This document shows, in pieces, positions 9,360 through 18,961 of a stretch of 64,000 nt of DNA. The notes under the pieces were generated by a model. That model saw only the letters and a program-made list of their open reading frames with translations, was not told the origin of the DNA and made no database searches. A program made the position numbers and the translations under genes. This DNA comes from Candidatus Kaiserbacteria bacterium (GTDB lineage Bacteria; Patescibacteriota; Minisyncoccia; Phycocordibacterales; UBA918), in NCBI GenBank assembly GCA_016204695.1, contig JACQKD010000001.1:68976-132975 (forward strand). The letters run 5' to 3'. Positions within the stretch are counted from its first letter, which is position 1. Each line of letters starts with the position of its first letter.

Positions 9360-10385
9360 ATGGAGCACATTGAATACGTGCGCACAGTGGCGCGTTCCCT
9401 GCTCGTGAAAGGGAAGGGAATTCTTGCGGCTGACGAAAGTACGAAGACGATGGATACGCGGCTTGCGGCGGTGGGCGCGATGGCTACTCCCGACATGCGC
9501 CGCGAATACCGCGAGCTCCTTTTTACCGCTCCCGGCATTGAAGAATACCTTTCCGGCGTGATTCTCTACGACGAGACGATTCGGAGCGGGACTGCGGACG
9601 ACGGAGTGCCTTTTGCCGACCTCTTGATTGCTCGCGGCATCATACCCGGCATCAAGGTGGATAGAGGAACCGTGCCACTTGACGGCTTTCCCGACGAGGT
9701 CGTGACCGAGGGTCTCGACGGGCTTGCCGCGCGTATGAGCGAATACTACGGCATGGGCGCTCGTTTTACCAAATGGCGGGCGGTTATCACGATTGGTGAG
9801 AATCTGCCGACCGACCAATGTATACGGATGAACGCGGCGATGCTCGCGCGCTTCGCGTCGCTCTCGCAAGGAGCCGGCATGGTGCCCATCGTGGAGCCGG
9901 AAGTCATGCTTCACGGTGACCATGACATCGCACGAGCTCAAGACGTGACGACAAAGACGTTGGAGACGCTTTTTGAGACGCTCACGGAGTACCGAGTCGA
10001 CCTCGCGGGCCTCATATTGAAATCAAGCATGGTGCTCGCCGGAGACGGCTCCAAGACGCAGTCGACGCCGGAGGAAGTTGCGGATGCCACGCTTCGCACG
10101 TTTGCCGCGGCCGTACCGAAAGAGGTTCCCGGGGTCGTTCTTCTCTCCGGCGGACAGACGCCGAGGCGCGCCACCGAAAATCTGCAGGCGATGGCGCACC
10201 ACGGTGCGCAACCATGGCAGATAACTTTTTCGTACTCGCGTGCGCTCGAAGAGCCGGTGCTGACCGCGTGGCGTGGCGACACGGCCGCAAACAAAGACGC
10301 CGCTCAAGCGGCACTGCTTCATCGGCTTATGTTGAACGCCAAAGCGCAGACGGGGGACTACGAACCGGCACTTGAGGATGGATAG
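9360..10385 (+). CDS. fba: Class I fructose-bisphosphate aldolase
   Basis: GKGILAADES, GIKVD, KWRAV, VPIVEPEV, LSGGQ, FSYSRAL. Confidence 0.95.
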   Translation: MEHIEYVRTVARSLLVKGKGILAADESTKTMDTRLAAVGAMATPDMRREYRELLFTAPGIEEYLSGVILYDETIRSGTADDGVPFADLLIARGIIPGIKVDRGTVPLDGFPDEVVTEGLDGLAARMSEYYGMGARFTKWRAVITIGENLPTDQCIRMNAAMLARFASLSQGAGMVPIVEPEVMLHGDHDIARAQDVTTKTLETLFETLTEYRVDLAGLILKSSMVLAGDGSKTQSTPEEVADATLRTFAAAVPKEVPGVVLLSGGQTPRRATENLQAMAHHGAQPWQITFSYSRALEEPVLTAWRGDTAANKDAAQAALLHRLMLNAKAQTGDYEPALEDG

Positions 10386-10419
10386 AAAAACCCCGCGGCC
10401 GGAGGCCGCGGGGTTTTTC
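10385..10419. terminator. Bidirectional intrinsic terminator
   Basis: GAAAAACCCCGCGGCC-GGA-GGCCGCGGGGTTTTTC between convergent fba and rpmG. Confidence 0.85.
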
Positions 10420-10427
10420 TCATTACT

Positions 10428-10601
10428 TTATTTCTTCTCGGTGTACTTCGTGTGGGACTTCGAGACGGGATTGTACTTTTTGAACACGAACTTCTTGTCC
10501 GCAAGCTTACGGCGGTTTTTGGTGGTGTAGTAGACGTGACCTTTCCCGAGGCCGTTTTTGTCCCCTTCGGAGACAAGTCGTATGATTCTGTCTTGCGACA
10601 T
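10428..10601 (-). CDS. rpmG: 50S ribosomal protein L33 (Cys-free form)
   Basis: YYTTKNRR...KKYNP...HTKYTEKK. Confidence 0.93.
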   Translation of the reverse strand: MSQDRIIRLVSEGDKNGLGKGHVYYTTKNRRKLADKKFVFKKYNPVSKSHTKYTEKK

Positions 10602-10658
10602 AGTGTGCATAGAGTACCAGAGCATCGCCGGAGGGTCAACAGAGCGGCGTTTGCATGC

Positions 10659-10697
10659 GAAAACCCGGCCGCCCGCAAAGCGGGCGGCCGGGTTTTC
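10659..10697. terminator. Intrinsic terminator after the cold-shock gene
   Basis: GAAAACCCGGCCGCCCGC-AAA-GCGGGCGGCCGGGTTTTC. Confidence 0.8.
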
Positions 10698-10709
10698 TTT
10701 TGCGGCCGG

Positions 10710-10943
10710 TTAGGCGGCTGCGGGAAGATCTTGCGCCTGTGCGGTGGCGCGCATCACGTTCGTAGCGGCAGGGCCTTTCGGACCGTTCGCAATTTCGAAT
10801 GTGACCGCATCACCTTCGCGCAGTTCATCAAAGGAAAGTCCGTTCAGCTCGTTTGCGTGAAAGAAGATATCCTTTTCGCCGTTTTCCGGCGTGATGAACC
10901 CGAAACCGCGATCGGTGACTCGGGCAATAGTACCTTTCATCAT
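10710..10943 (-). CDS. Cold-shock domain protein
   Basis: RNP motifs RGFGFI and IFFH; GPKGPAATNV. Confidence 0.95.
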   Translation of the reverse strand: MMKGTIARVTDRGFGFITPENGEKDIFFHANELNGLSFDELREGDAVTFEIANGPKGPAATNVMRATAQAQDLPAAA

Positions 10944-11144
10944 GTAGGTAGCGTTGTCTCTTACTCTAATACTAATGCAAAACCTCTTCTCCACAAGTCC
11001 GACCGTCTCTGGCTAAGCGTTTTGGTGCTGGTATGAAACCATGTTTTTGGTAAAAATGCAACCTGTCAAGAGCCGTGCCTGTGCATATCCCCGCGCAAGA
11101 TCGGCACGGAGAAGAGCCGTCAAGGGGCATGTTTCGCGGTTCTG

Positions 11145-11843
11145 TTATATGAGTATCTTGACGTCCGCAGATGCCCGCAGGTCCGCGATTATGCCCGTAA
11201 TCACCTCCTCTACTTTTTGTTGTTCGAGGTATGTCTGTATGTCCTGTGTTACGGCTTCAAGAGCGGTATCCGGGTTCTGCGGAGTAATCTGCGCATCATA
11301 GAATGCCTTTATTTCTTCGGGTGTCGTTGTACTTGGATGCTCGGCGGCGATCTTGTTTCGATATTGGTTTGTGATCAGTTGGCGAGCGATATTCGTCTTT
11401 AAGCTCTCTTTGTCGAGCTTTGCTCCAAGAAGCGCGGCTTCAAAGGCGGCGGTGTCGGCATACTGTCCGGTGATTTTCGAGAGCTCCGCAGAAACGGCCG
11501 CATCGTCGGCTGTGAATCCCTGCCGTTTGGCTTCTTCAAAAAAGAGTATGTTGCCCACCATCTGGTCAAGTACGAGACGTTCGAACGCGATCCGCTCGTC
11601 TCCCTCCTTCGGTACTTGTATCTGGGGATTTTGGGCGAGCTGTTCTATCTGTACGTCCAGTTCGCCCCGCGTTATTTTGGTTTCGCCGCCGCGGATCGTG
11701 GCGACTACGGTGTCGGCGCTTTGCGATACTCCCTCCTGTGTCTGCGTCGCCAGAGGATCGGCTCCTTTGAAATACCATATAACTCCTCCCGCTCCGGCCA
11801 ACGCAACGATGACAAGCGCGATAGTGATGTAACTGTTTTTCAT
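11145..11843 (-). CDS. SurA N-terminal-domain membrane-anchored chaperone
   Basis: N-terminal TM; LDQMV...LFFEEAKRQG; LRASADVKI C-terminus. Confidence 0.8.
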   Translation of the reverse strand: MKNSYITIALVIVALAGAGGVIWYFKGADPLATQTQEGVSQSADTVVATIRGGETKITRGELDVQIEQLAQNPQIQVPKEGDERIAFERLVLDQMVGNILFFEEAKRQGFTADDAAVSAELSKITGQYADTAAFEAALLGAKLDKESLKTNIARQLITNQYRNKIAAEHPSTTTPEEIKAFYDAQITPQNPDTALEAVTQDIQTYLEQQKVEEVITGIIADLRASADVKILI

Positions 11844-11944
11844 ACGTACCGTCAGTATCGCATATTTTCTCCGAACGGCAAAAAATTCTCTGTCGATTAA
11901 AAACAGAACCGCCCGCGAGAAGCCGGACGGCTCTGCGGGCGTGG

Positions 11945-12292
11945 TCAGGGAGTGAGGGCTCTTGTGGTGGCCGCCAAGATCCCCTGGATCCTCAGCGGCT
12001 TTGACAGAAAGAGGGTCGCACCTGCAAACAGAGCATCCCCCCTATCTAGCTCTCCGCTCATGGCGATTGCCGGGAGCTTTGGGTGGCTACTCTTGAGTCG
12101 ACGGATAAACTCGAGTCCACCCATCACCGGCATATGGATGTCGGTGATGACGAGGGCGACTCCGTCGGTCAATATCTCCAATGCCTCCTTTCCATTTGAG
12201 GCCTCGATGACCTCATGTTCGAGCCATTCTAACATGTCTCGCAGGTAATCCCTTACCTGCGAATCGTCTTCCACAACTAGAATCTTTGCCAT
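11945..12292 (-). CDS. Single-domain response regulator receiver
   Basis: ILVVEDD, ITDIHMPVMGG, AMSG, LSKP; GGAGGA RBS. Confidence 0.9.
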   Translation of the reverse strand: MAKILVVEDDSQVRDYLRDMLEWLEHEVIEASNGKEALEILTDGVALVITDIHMPVMGGLEFIRRLKSSHPKLPAIAMSGELDRGDALFAGATLFLSKPLRIQGILAATTRALTP

Positions 12293-12390
12293 ATCTTCCT
12301 CCAGAGAACCAGTTGATTTTGGACCTACGCTAGTATAGTCTATAACACGAACTATTGATTATTGTCAAGTTCTGTGCGTAACAGGGCTTT

Positions 12391-13161
12391 ATGACAAGCA
12401 CTTTTAGTATACTGAATACAGTGATTGAAACTTCCTATAAGATCAAAAGTACGCCTTTGGTACTCGATAATACCGGCAAGCGATATGTGCTTACGGTGCG
12501 TGATTTGCCTGTCGAGGACAAGCCGCGGGAGAAGCTTGCGGTACACGGTCCGGGCACGCTCTCGCCGGTCGAGCTTCTTGCGGTTGTCCTTAGCGTCGGT
12601 ACGCGCAAGGAAGAGGTGCTGACGATGACCTCGCGCATCGTCCGCGAATACGGCGAGCGCAATATCTTCTCGCAGACTGATGCACACATCATGTCGCGCG
12701 ATCTCGATATTCCGCTTGGCAAGGCCGAGCAGATCGTGGCGGTGGGCGAGCTTGGTCGGCGGTTTTTCTCCCGTGAGCGCAACGGCGCGGCCGTGATCCG
12801 CACCGCGCTCGATACCTACGAACACGTTGCCGACATGCGTACGCTCGGTAAAGAGCATCTGCGCGGACTCTATCTCAACGCGCACTATCAGGTCGTCCAC
12901 GACGAAGTGATCTCGATCGGTACGGTCGACGCAAACATCGTCCATCCGCGCGAAGTGTTCCGGCCAGCGCTTTCATGCTCGGCCGCGGCCGTGATCCTCG
13001 TGCACAATCATCCATCCGGCGTGCTCGCTCCGAGCGCAGAGGACATGCTTGTCACCGCGCAGGTGCGTTCCGCGGGCAGGATGCTCGGCATTGAGCTTGT
13101 CGATCATGTTATCGTCGGCCGGGACGGTTTTATCAGTATTCCTTTTGAATCATGCCCATAG
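12391..13161 (+). CDS. radC: RadC/JAB-domain protein
   Basis: KPREKL, HPREVF, HNHPSG, DHVIVG. Confidence 0.93.
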   Translation: MTSTFSILNTVIETSYKIKSTPLVLDNTGKRYVLTVRDLPVEDKPREKLAVHGPGTLSPVELLAVVLSVGTRKEEVLTMTSRIVREYGERNIFSQTDAHIMSRDLDIPLGKAEQIVAVGELGRRFFSRERNGAAVIRTALDTYEHVADMRTLGKEHLRGLYLNAHYQVVHDEVISIGTVDANIVHPREVFRPALSCSAAAVILVHNHPSGVLAPSAEDMLVTAQVRSAGRMLGIELVDHVIVGRDGFISIPFESCP

Positions 13162-13424
13162 CGATACGTGAATATCAGATTGTGTCGACATACTCCATCG
13201 TGCGCGATGCGCCCGATCCGTATGAACACCTGCGTTTCCATGTCTGGTCGGGCGATTGTTTCGCCATGCTCGCGACGGCGCTCGGCTTTGTCGAAGAAGC
13301 GCTTGAACGATATGAAAATAGCGTGACTCCTTCGCGCGAGCTCATGCTTCTGCGCGGCGTGAAAAAAGATCTGGTCTATCTCCACAAGAAATACGTCATT
13401 CGCGAAAAGGACGAGAGTTCTTAG
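13152..13424 (+). CDS. Hypothetical protein
   Basis: 90-aa ORF overlapping the radC stop; host-like codon usage. Confidence 0.65.
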   Translation: MPIAIREYQIVSTYSIVRDAPDPYEHLRFHVWSGDCFAMLATALGFVEEALERYENSVTPSRELMLLRGVKKDLVYLHKKYVIREKDESS

Positions 13425-13456
13425 GGCTTGTTGAGAAATTTCCTACACCAGAGCCT

Positions 13457-13533
13457 CCTCCCGCACAGCAAAAAATGACGGCGCTCCGGGCCGCTAGGCC
13501 AAGTCTAACCGTCATTTTTTGCTGTGCGGGAGG
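13457..13533. repeat. Perfect 25-bp inverted repeat with 27-nt spacer
   Basis: CCTCCCGCACAGCAAAAAATGACGG (13457-13481) / CCGTCATTTTTTGCTGTGCGGGAGG (13509-13533). Confidence 0.85.
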
Positions 13534-13635
13534 GCTCCGAAATATGCTCTAAAAAATTTTGGAATCAAAAAAGTCGAGCGTATGCTCGACGTACTACGTC
13601 CTACCGGCCCGGGAACCACACACCGGGCCAGTCTT

Positions 13636-13809
13636 TTAGCTATATGGGGTATACCGTCGCCAACCACGTTCGGTATTTTGTCCCCTCTGCTCACGCCGAG
13701 GCGATGCTTCGACAATGAGCGGTTCCCGCACCGGTTCCTCACCTACCGAGGTGAAGAAAGGGGGGACCTTCTCACGATCTTTGGTGTCGACATGCTGATC
13801 TTCAGCCAT
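13636..13809 (-). CDS. Small hypothetical protein (57 aa; below the ORF-track cut-off)
   Basis: GGAGGTG RBS, then MAEDQHVDTKDREKVPPFF...WRRYTPYS*; GC hairpin downstream. Confidence 0.45.
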   Translation of the reverse strand: MAEDQHVDTKDREKVPPFFTSVGEEPVREPLIVEASPRREQRGQNTERGWRRYTPYS

Positions 13810-13952
13810 CTTTCACCTCCGTGAAAAATGCCCTCTGCTAGGAAACTGCCCACAGAGAACCAATATATGAAGTATTTGTCAATCAAGTTTTGCACCGACA
13901 CTCCATATTCGGGTGGTATGTCAGAGTTTCTGTGGAGAGGTATACTTGTGCC

Positions 13953-15851
13953 ATGGTTCACACTAAGTCTCGTAGCGCATCACGCACTGTTCCGTATAGA
14001 TCGTTGCTCTATGTCGCGCCGATAATCGCACTCGTGCTCTTTTTTGCGCACTACCTTTTTGTGAATGCGCTTCCGGCGATTGCTCCGGACTCGCCGTACA
14101 AAGACGCAGGCCGTCCGATCGAAGAGCGGACCGAGGATCTTCTGTTGCGGATGACACTCGAAGAAAAAGCCGCGCAGATGGCGCTCGTCGAGAAAAACAG
14201 CATTACGCCCGGCAACGCCGGCTACGCAGGAGTCGGCGGCGTGTTGAGCGGCGCCGGGGCGAAGCCCGAAGATAATACCCCCGAAGGATGGCGCGACATG
14301 GTAGCCCGCTACATGGAGGAATCTCGTTCGTCACGGCTCGGCATCCCGCTTCTCTACGGGCTCGATGCCGTACATGGCCATGGCAACGTCCCGGGTGCGA
14401 CGCTCTTTCCGCATTCGATTGGTCTCGGCGCCGCAAACGATCCGGAACTCACGCGCCGCGTCGCCGAAGCGACCGCAGAAGAAGTGCGCGCGAGCGGCGT
14501 CTTTTGGAGCTTTTCGCCGAATCTCGATATGCCGCAAGATATCCGCTGGGGGCGGGTATACGAGGGCTTTTCAAGTGATGCGCAGGTGACGGCGGATCTG
14601 GGTGCCGCATATATACGCGGCTTGCAGGGAGAGGGAAATACTCCCGCAATGCTCGCGACCGCAAAGCATTATCTCGGCACCGGCGGCATGCAGTGGGGGA
14701 CAGCGGTCAATCCTGACTACAGGATCGATCAGGGTACGACACAGGCGAGCGAGGAGGTAATCCGCGAGTTTTATCTGCCGCCGTTTCGCGCCGCCGTCGA
14801 GCAGGGAGCGCTCTCCGTTATGGTCGGACTCAATACGATCGACGGAAAGAAAATGTCCGCGAACAAGCATCTGATTACCGACGTGCTCAAAGGCGAGCTC
14901 GGCTTTCGCGGTTTTGTCGTATCGGACTGGTACGGTGTCTACGAGATCGGCGGGGGCGAGTACGCGGCCACAGTGGCGGCGATCAACGCCGGGGTGGATA
15001 TGGTGATGTTGCCGTTCGAATATAAACCCTTCGTACAAAATGTGGTTGCGGCCGTACAAAACGGCGACATATCGGAAGCGCGGGTGAATGACGCGGTACG
15101 GAGGATCCTCTATGCGAAGTTTGTCGTTGGTCTCTTCGACAACTCGGCGCCTTCAAATCTCGACGTGATCGGTGCGGACGCACGTCGAGCGCTTGCGCGC
15201 GAGGCGGTCGCCAGATCGCTTGTGTTGTTGAAAAATGAAAACGTCCTGCCGCTTTTTCGTTCTCCGACTCTGCGGCGGATCGCGGTTGCGGGGAGCGCCG
15301 CCGATAACACCGGCAGGCAAAGCGGGGCCTGGACCATTGAGTGGCAAGGGATAGACGGTAATGCCATCCCCGGCGCGACCTCGATACTTGCGGGTATCCG
15401 GTCAGCGGCGGGACCGGAGATGGAAATTCTATATGACGCGGCGGGAGATTTCGATCTTCCGGAGGACAGTGCGGACATCGGCATCGCGGTGGTCGGCGAA
15501 GGACCGTATGCGGAAGGTGTCGGTGACAACCCGTATCCTTCCTTGTCGGCGGAAGATCTGCAGGCAATCGAAGGACTGCGAAAAGTGAGCGGGGAAGTCG
15601 TCGTGGTGATCGTCTCCGGCCGTCCGCTTTTTATACAAAAAGAGCTTCCGAAATGGGACGCGCTCGTCGCGGCGTGGCTCCCGGGAAGCGAAGGTGCGGG
15701 GGTTGCGGACGTACTCTTCGGAAAGCGATCTTTCAGCGGCACACTGCCGCTCCCCTGGCCTGCAAGCATACGTCAATTACCGTTTACTCCATCCGGGCGC
15801 ACGGCCGACGGCGCCATGCCGCTCTTTCCGCGCGGTTTTGGTCTGCGTTAG
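13953..15851 (+). CDS. GH3 beta-glucosidase, membrane-anchored
   Basis: DAVHG, RWGRVYEGF, AKHY, VVSDW nucleophile, AWLPGSEG. Confidence 0.93.
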   Translation: MVHTKSRSASRTVPYRSLLYVAPIIALVLFFAHYLFVNALPAIAPDSPYKDAGRPIEERTEDLLLRMTLEEKAAQMALVEKNSITPGNAGYAGVGGVLSGAGAKPEDNTPEGWRDMVARYMEESRSSRLGIPLLYGLDAVHGHGNVPGATLFPHSIGLGAANDPELTRRVAEATAEEVRASGVFWSFSPNLDMPQDIRWGRVYEGFSSDAQVTADLGAAYIRGLQGEGNTPAMLATAKHYLGTGGMQWGTAVNPDYRIDQGTTQASEEVIREFYLPPFRAAVEQGALSVMVGLNTIDGKKMSANKHLITDVLKGELGFRGFVVSDWYGVYEIGGGEYAATVAAINAGVDMVMLPFEYKPFVQNVVAAVQNGDISEARVNDAVRRILYAKFVVGLFDNSAPSNLDVIGADARRALAREAVARSLVLLKNENVLPLFRSPTLRRIAVAGSAADNTGRQSGAWTIEWQGIDGNAIPGATSILAGIRSAAGPEMEILYDAAGDFDLPEDSADIGIAVVGEGPYAEGVGDNPYPSLSAEDLQAIEGLRKVSGEVVVVIVSGRPLFIQKELPKWDALVAAWLPGSEGAGVADVLFGKRSFSGTLPLPWPASIRQLPFTPSGRTADGAMPLFPRGFGLR

Positions 15852-15855
15852 GCCG

Positions 15856-17178
15856 TTATTGTTGCTTCGGGAGTTCGACGGAGAATATATTTTTCCCTCC
15901 CGTGAACGCGTACCGGACATCGCCGCCGTGAAGTTCAGCAATCCGTTTGACATAGTAGAGTCCGAGTCCCATGCCGCGGGCAGTCTGCGCGGCCTTCTGA
16001 TTCCGATAGTATTTTCGGAAGAGCTGGGAACGTTCGGCATTCGGCACTTCGGGGCCGGAGTTTTCGACAATCACTATGTGTGCATGCGGAGTTTCTTCAC
16101 AGCGGACATCGACCACGCCGCGCTCGGGCGAGTATTTCACGGCATTCGCGATAAGATTTGAAAACATCCGTTGTATCTTTGCCCGGTCGCCGCGAGCGGG
16201 AATGGAGGCGGGCATATCGGAAGCAAATACGATCGTGACCTGTTTCTGCCGGGCGGCCAAGGTGAAGACGGATGCCGCATCGGCGAGGACGGTTGCGAGA
16301 TCATAGGGCTCCCACACAACCGTTCGTTCTCCTTTTTCGAGCGTGAACGTCTCAAGAATGTCGTCGATTGTCCCGAGAAGTTTGGCGCTGGTGTCGCGTA
16401 TGGTTGCCAGTGTCCGCGGGGTGTTTGCGTCGCGAGTCTTTTGGAGGAGGGATTCGATCGACCAGTTGATGCCAACAAGCGGCGTGCGCAAGTCGTGCGC
16501 GGCGATGGACGCAAGTTCCGACTTGAATGCGAGCAGTGCGTCCTCTTTTTTTACAAGCCGGAATATGAAAAAGGCGAAGCTTGCAAGCAGGAGCGTGAGC
16601 AGGATCGGCACGGTCGTGTAGAGCGTCAGCGTGCGGTAGTAGTTGCGCGCGCTCACGTCAAGGCCCACGACGGCGATGATCTCCCCGGTCACGGGGTCGA
16701 GCATGGGGGACATGGCGCTGATCCAGGTGCCCCACCGGTCGACCACCGGCCCTTCAAGCGCGCTCTCCCCGGTGTCGAATACTCCGTGGAATACGGCGGT
16801 TGCTTCGTCGTAGACTTGGCCCGGCGGAGAGAGGTCGGGCGAATCCTCCGGTTCGGAATCGACGAGGAAGAAAATCTCGCCGTCACGCCGGCCGGTGAGA
16901 TACGCGAAGCGTATTTCGGGGTCGATCGCCACGATCGTCATGAGCTTGCTTTTCAGGTCGCGGTAGTGCGGCGCATAGAGGTCGTTTTCGGTGCCCGACA
17001 GAGCGCCGACCTTTGTTTCTTCAAGTGTTGAAGCGATGATGTTTGCGCGTTCAAGGAGCGAATGTTTCACCAATCGATCGGCGTGTATGTAGGCGTAGAC
17101 AGTCGCGAGTATGCCAAGCCCGATGATGATCGCCGTAAAAAACAGGAGAAGATTCCACGGACGGATGTTTTTCCACAT
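15856..17178 (-). CDS. Sensor histidine kinase
   Basis: Two TMs flanking an extracellular domain; AHDLRTPL, NLIANAVKY, GMGLGL. Confidence 0.92.
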   Translation of the reverse strand: MWKNIRPWNLLLFFTAIIIGLGILATVYAYIHADRLVKHSLLERANIIASTLEETKVGALSGTENDLYAPHYRDLKSKLMTIVAIDPEIRFAYLTGRRDGEIFFLVDSEPEDSPDLSPPGQVYDEATAVFHGVFDTGESALEGPVVDRWGTWISAMSPMLDPVTGEIIAVVGLDVSARNYYRTLTLYTTVPILLTLLLASFAFFIFRLVKKEDALLAFKSELASIAAHDLRTPLVGINWSIESLLQKTRDANTPRTLATIRDTSAKLLGTIDDILETFTLEKGERTVVWEPYDLATVLADAASVFTLAARQKQVTIVFASDMPASIPARGDRAKIQRMFSNLIANAVKYSPERGVVDVRCEETPHAHIVIVENSGPEVPNAERSQLFRKYYRNQKAAQTARGMGLGLYYVKRIAELHGGDVRYAFTGGKNIFSVELPKQQ

Positions 17179-17198
17179 AGTGTGTGATGTACTTGACG

Positions 17199-17348
17199 CT
17201 ATGTCTCCAGTGCTTCTCTGACTCGCCCTATGACTTTGAGAACGGCCCACTCTTTCTTTTCAAGGAAGTATGACGGCTCGTCTTTGGCGATGCCTCGGGT
17301 GATGTCGTCGTTTTCCACCACCGGCACCGTATGCGTTTGCGCGCCCAT
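17199..17348 (-). CDS. Small hypothetical protein (49 aa)
   Basis: AAGGA RBS, then MGAQTHTVPVVENDD...REALET*, ending 20 bp before the kinase start. Confidence 0.45.
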   Translation of the reverse strand: MGAQTHTVPVVENDDITRGIAKDEPSYFLEKKEWAVLKVIGRVREALET

Positions 17349-17539
17349 GGTCCTTCTTGAGTATATGTTTTATAGAATCACACTTCTTCCGTCCGCACCA
17401 CCGTTCCGCCGTGCACATTTTGCCGTCACTTCGACCATGTCGTCAATCACTCCAAATGGAGTGATTTGTTGCACGGTGTCATAATAATGCCGGTAACGCG
17501 TTATATACAGTGTACATTACCAAATCTTATACACGGTAT

Positions 17540-17788
17540 ATGACATACAGTATCCCTCTTCCGAAGACCATCATCGGTACTCTTCTTGTTGCGGCGGGAC
17601 TCATGCCCGTTTGGGCGCATGCGGCGACGTACGCATATGTGCATCAGACCGGTGAAGTACGTACTGTCGTTGCTGACGCACCTATGGTTGCCATTATGAT
17701 CGCTCCGGGCATAGATGAACACAGTGGTGTTCTCTTGCTTATCGATCCTTCAGATACGATTGTCGGCGACAAGGTGTCCGGTATGTAA
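17540..17788 (+). CDS. Small secreted protein
   Basis: Signal peptide ending AHA. Confidence 0.65.
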   Translation: MTYSIPLPKTIIGTLLVAAGLMPVWAHAATYAYVHQTGEVRTVVADAPMVAIMIAPGIDEHSGVLLLIDPSDTIVGDKVSGM

Positions 17789-17879
17789 CTTCCGGTTTGT
17801 GAGAAAAGGAAGACTTCGTTCTCCCGGCGTCCGAGTCTTCGGGCGGTGGCGTGGTGTGTTAACACTCTAATCAACATCT

Positions 17880-18737
17880 ATGAAAACTCCGTACAGATAC
17901 CAACTGTCCGCACGCCTTGCTGTTGCGTTTGTCACGCTTCTGATGATCTCTGTGCCGCTCTCTGTTTCTGCCGCCCCGACGGGAAGCATCGATACTGATT
18001 CTCTTGCGACGACCTCATCGAAACCGATCATCACCGGCACCGCGTCCGGAACAAAAACCGTACGTATAACGGTACGCGAGGAAGGAGAATCAAAGACGCT
18101 GTATAAAAGTAAAACGATCAAGGTAAAAAAAGACGGGACATGGAAGGCGAAGATATTGAAGAAACTTCCGGACGGAACATACGACGTATCGGTATCTCGC
18201 AGTGGGAGCGCAACGTCTGTGGTGCTGGCGAGCGGGACATTGATTGTCGGAAAAGAAATCAGGGACAACAAACGGAACACAAGTAAAAAAGCAGACACCA
18301 CAATGGTCGTGGAGCCCGTGTTACTGCTCACCGGAGGCACGGTGTCCGCGGGCGCATCGGTGCCGGTCTCCTATCTCCAGATCACCAACACCGGCTTGAT
18401 GGAGGCGAAACTGAATGGCTTTTCCGTCAAACAGAACGGCTCCGCTGATCCGGAATCGGTCATCGGCCTTACGACCGTTGATGATGCGGGTGTCTCGCGC
18501 GGCTCCGTCGGGGGCGTGGAGCACTCGACCATATTCAAAAACGGCGTGGCCTTCGTGCCTGCCGTCGCGACGTTTGCGCCCGGCCAGATGCGCCTCTTCA
18601 CGATCAAAGCGGTCATGAGCGGAGATCTCTCCTCGTATCTCGGCGGACAGCTTGCCATCAGCGTCACGTCGGTCGATGCCAGCGCGAAAGTGAAAGGCAT
18701 ATTCCCGATACCCGGAACGACTTGGATCATCCAGTAA
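17880..18737 (+). CDS. Secreted Ig-like-domain protein
   Basis: Signal peptide; KPIITGTA...DGTW...LPDGTYDV Big-like repeat. Confidence 0.75.
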   Translation: MKTPYRYQLSARLAVAFVTLLMISVPLSVSAAPTGSIDTDSLATTSSKPIITGTASGTKTVRITVREEGESKTLYKSKTIKVKKDGTWKAKILKKLPDGTYDVSVSRSGSATSVVLASGTLIVGKEIRDNKRNTSKKADTTMVVEPVLLLTGGTVSAGASVPVSYLQITNTGLMEAKLNGFSVKQNGSADPESVIGLTTVDDAGVSRGSVGGVEHSTIFKNGVAFVPAVATFAPGQMRLFTIKAVMSGDLSSYLGGQLAISVTSVDASAKVKGIFPIPGTTWIIQ

Positions 18738-18824
18738 AACCGGCCGTTCGTCGATCCCCGCGGCAACAGAAAGCGCCGGGAGCGCTTTCTGTCGGAGCGT
18801 TCTGGCGTCCAACCAGTAAAAACA

Positions 18825-18873
18825 GATGTCCGCGAATACCCCGACGCTCTGCGTCGGGGTATTCGCGGACATC
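18825..18873. repeat. Perfect 23-bp hairpin (REP-like) between convergent genes
   Basis: GATGTCCGCGAATACCCCGACGC-TCT-GCGTCGGGGTATTCGCGGACATC. Confidence 0.85.
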
Positions 18874-18961
18874 ATCCGCGGTGCTTTTTCGATCTTTCTA
18901 CACGCCCACGATCACCTTGAAACCGTCGTACACGAGATGATAGTACAGTCGACAAGGGAGG

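Noticed and set aside
8550-10385. Apparent long overlap of the prmC and fba ORFs
   Set aside because: Artefact of upstream start choice; the real starts at 9311 and 9360 are divergent and do not overlap.
12391-13161. radC as a marker of a mobile or anti-restriction element
   Set aside because: Full-length chromosomal type with host-like codon usage and no adjacent mobility genes.
18898-18950. Possible gene remnant ending YDGFKVIVGV* on the minus strand
   Set aside because: Too short, with no credible start or recognisable family.
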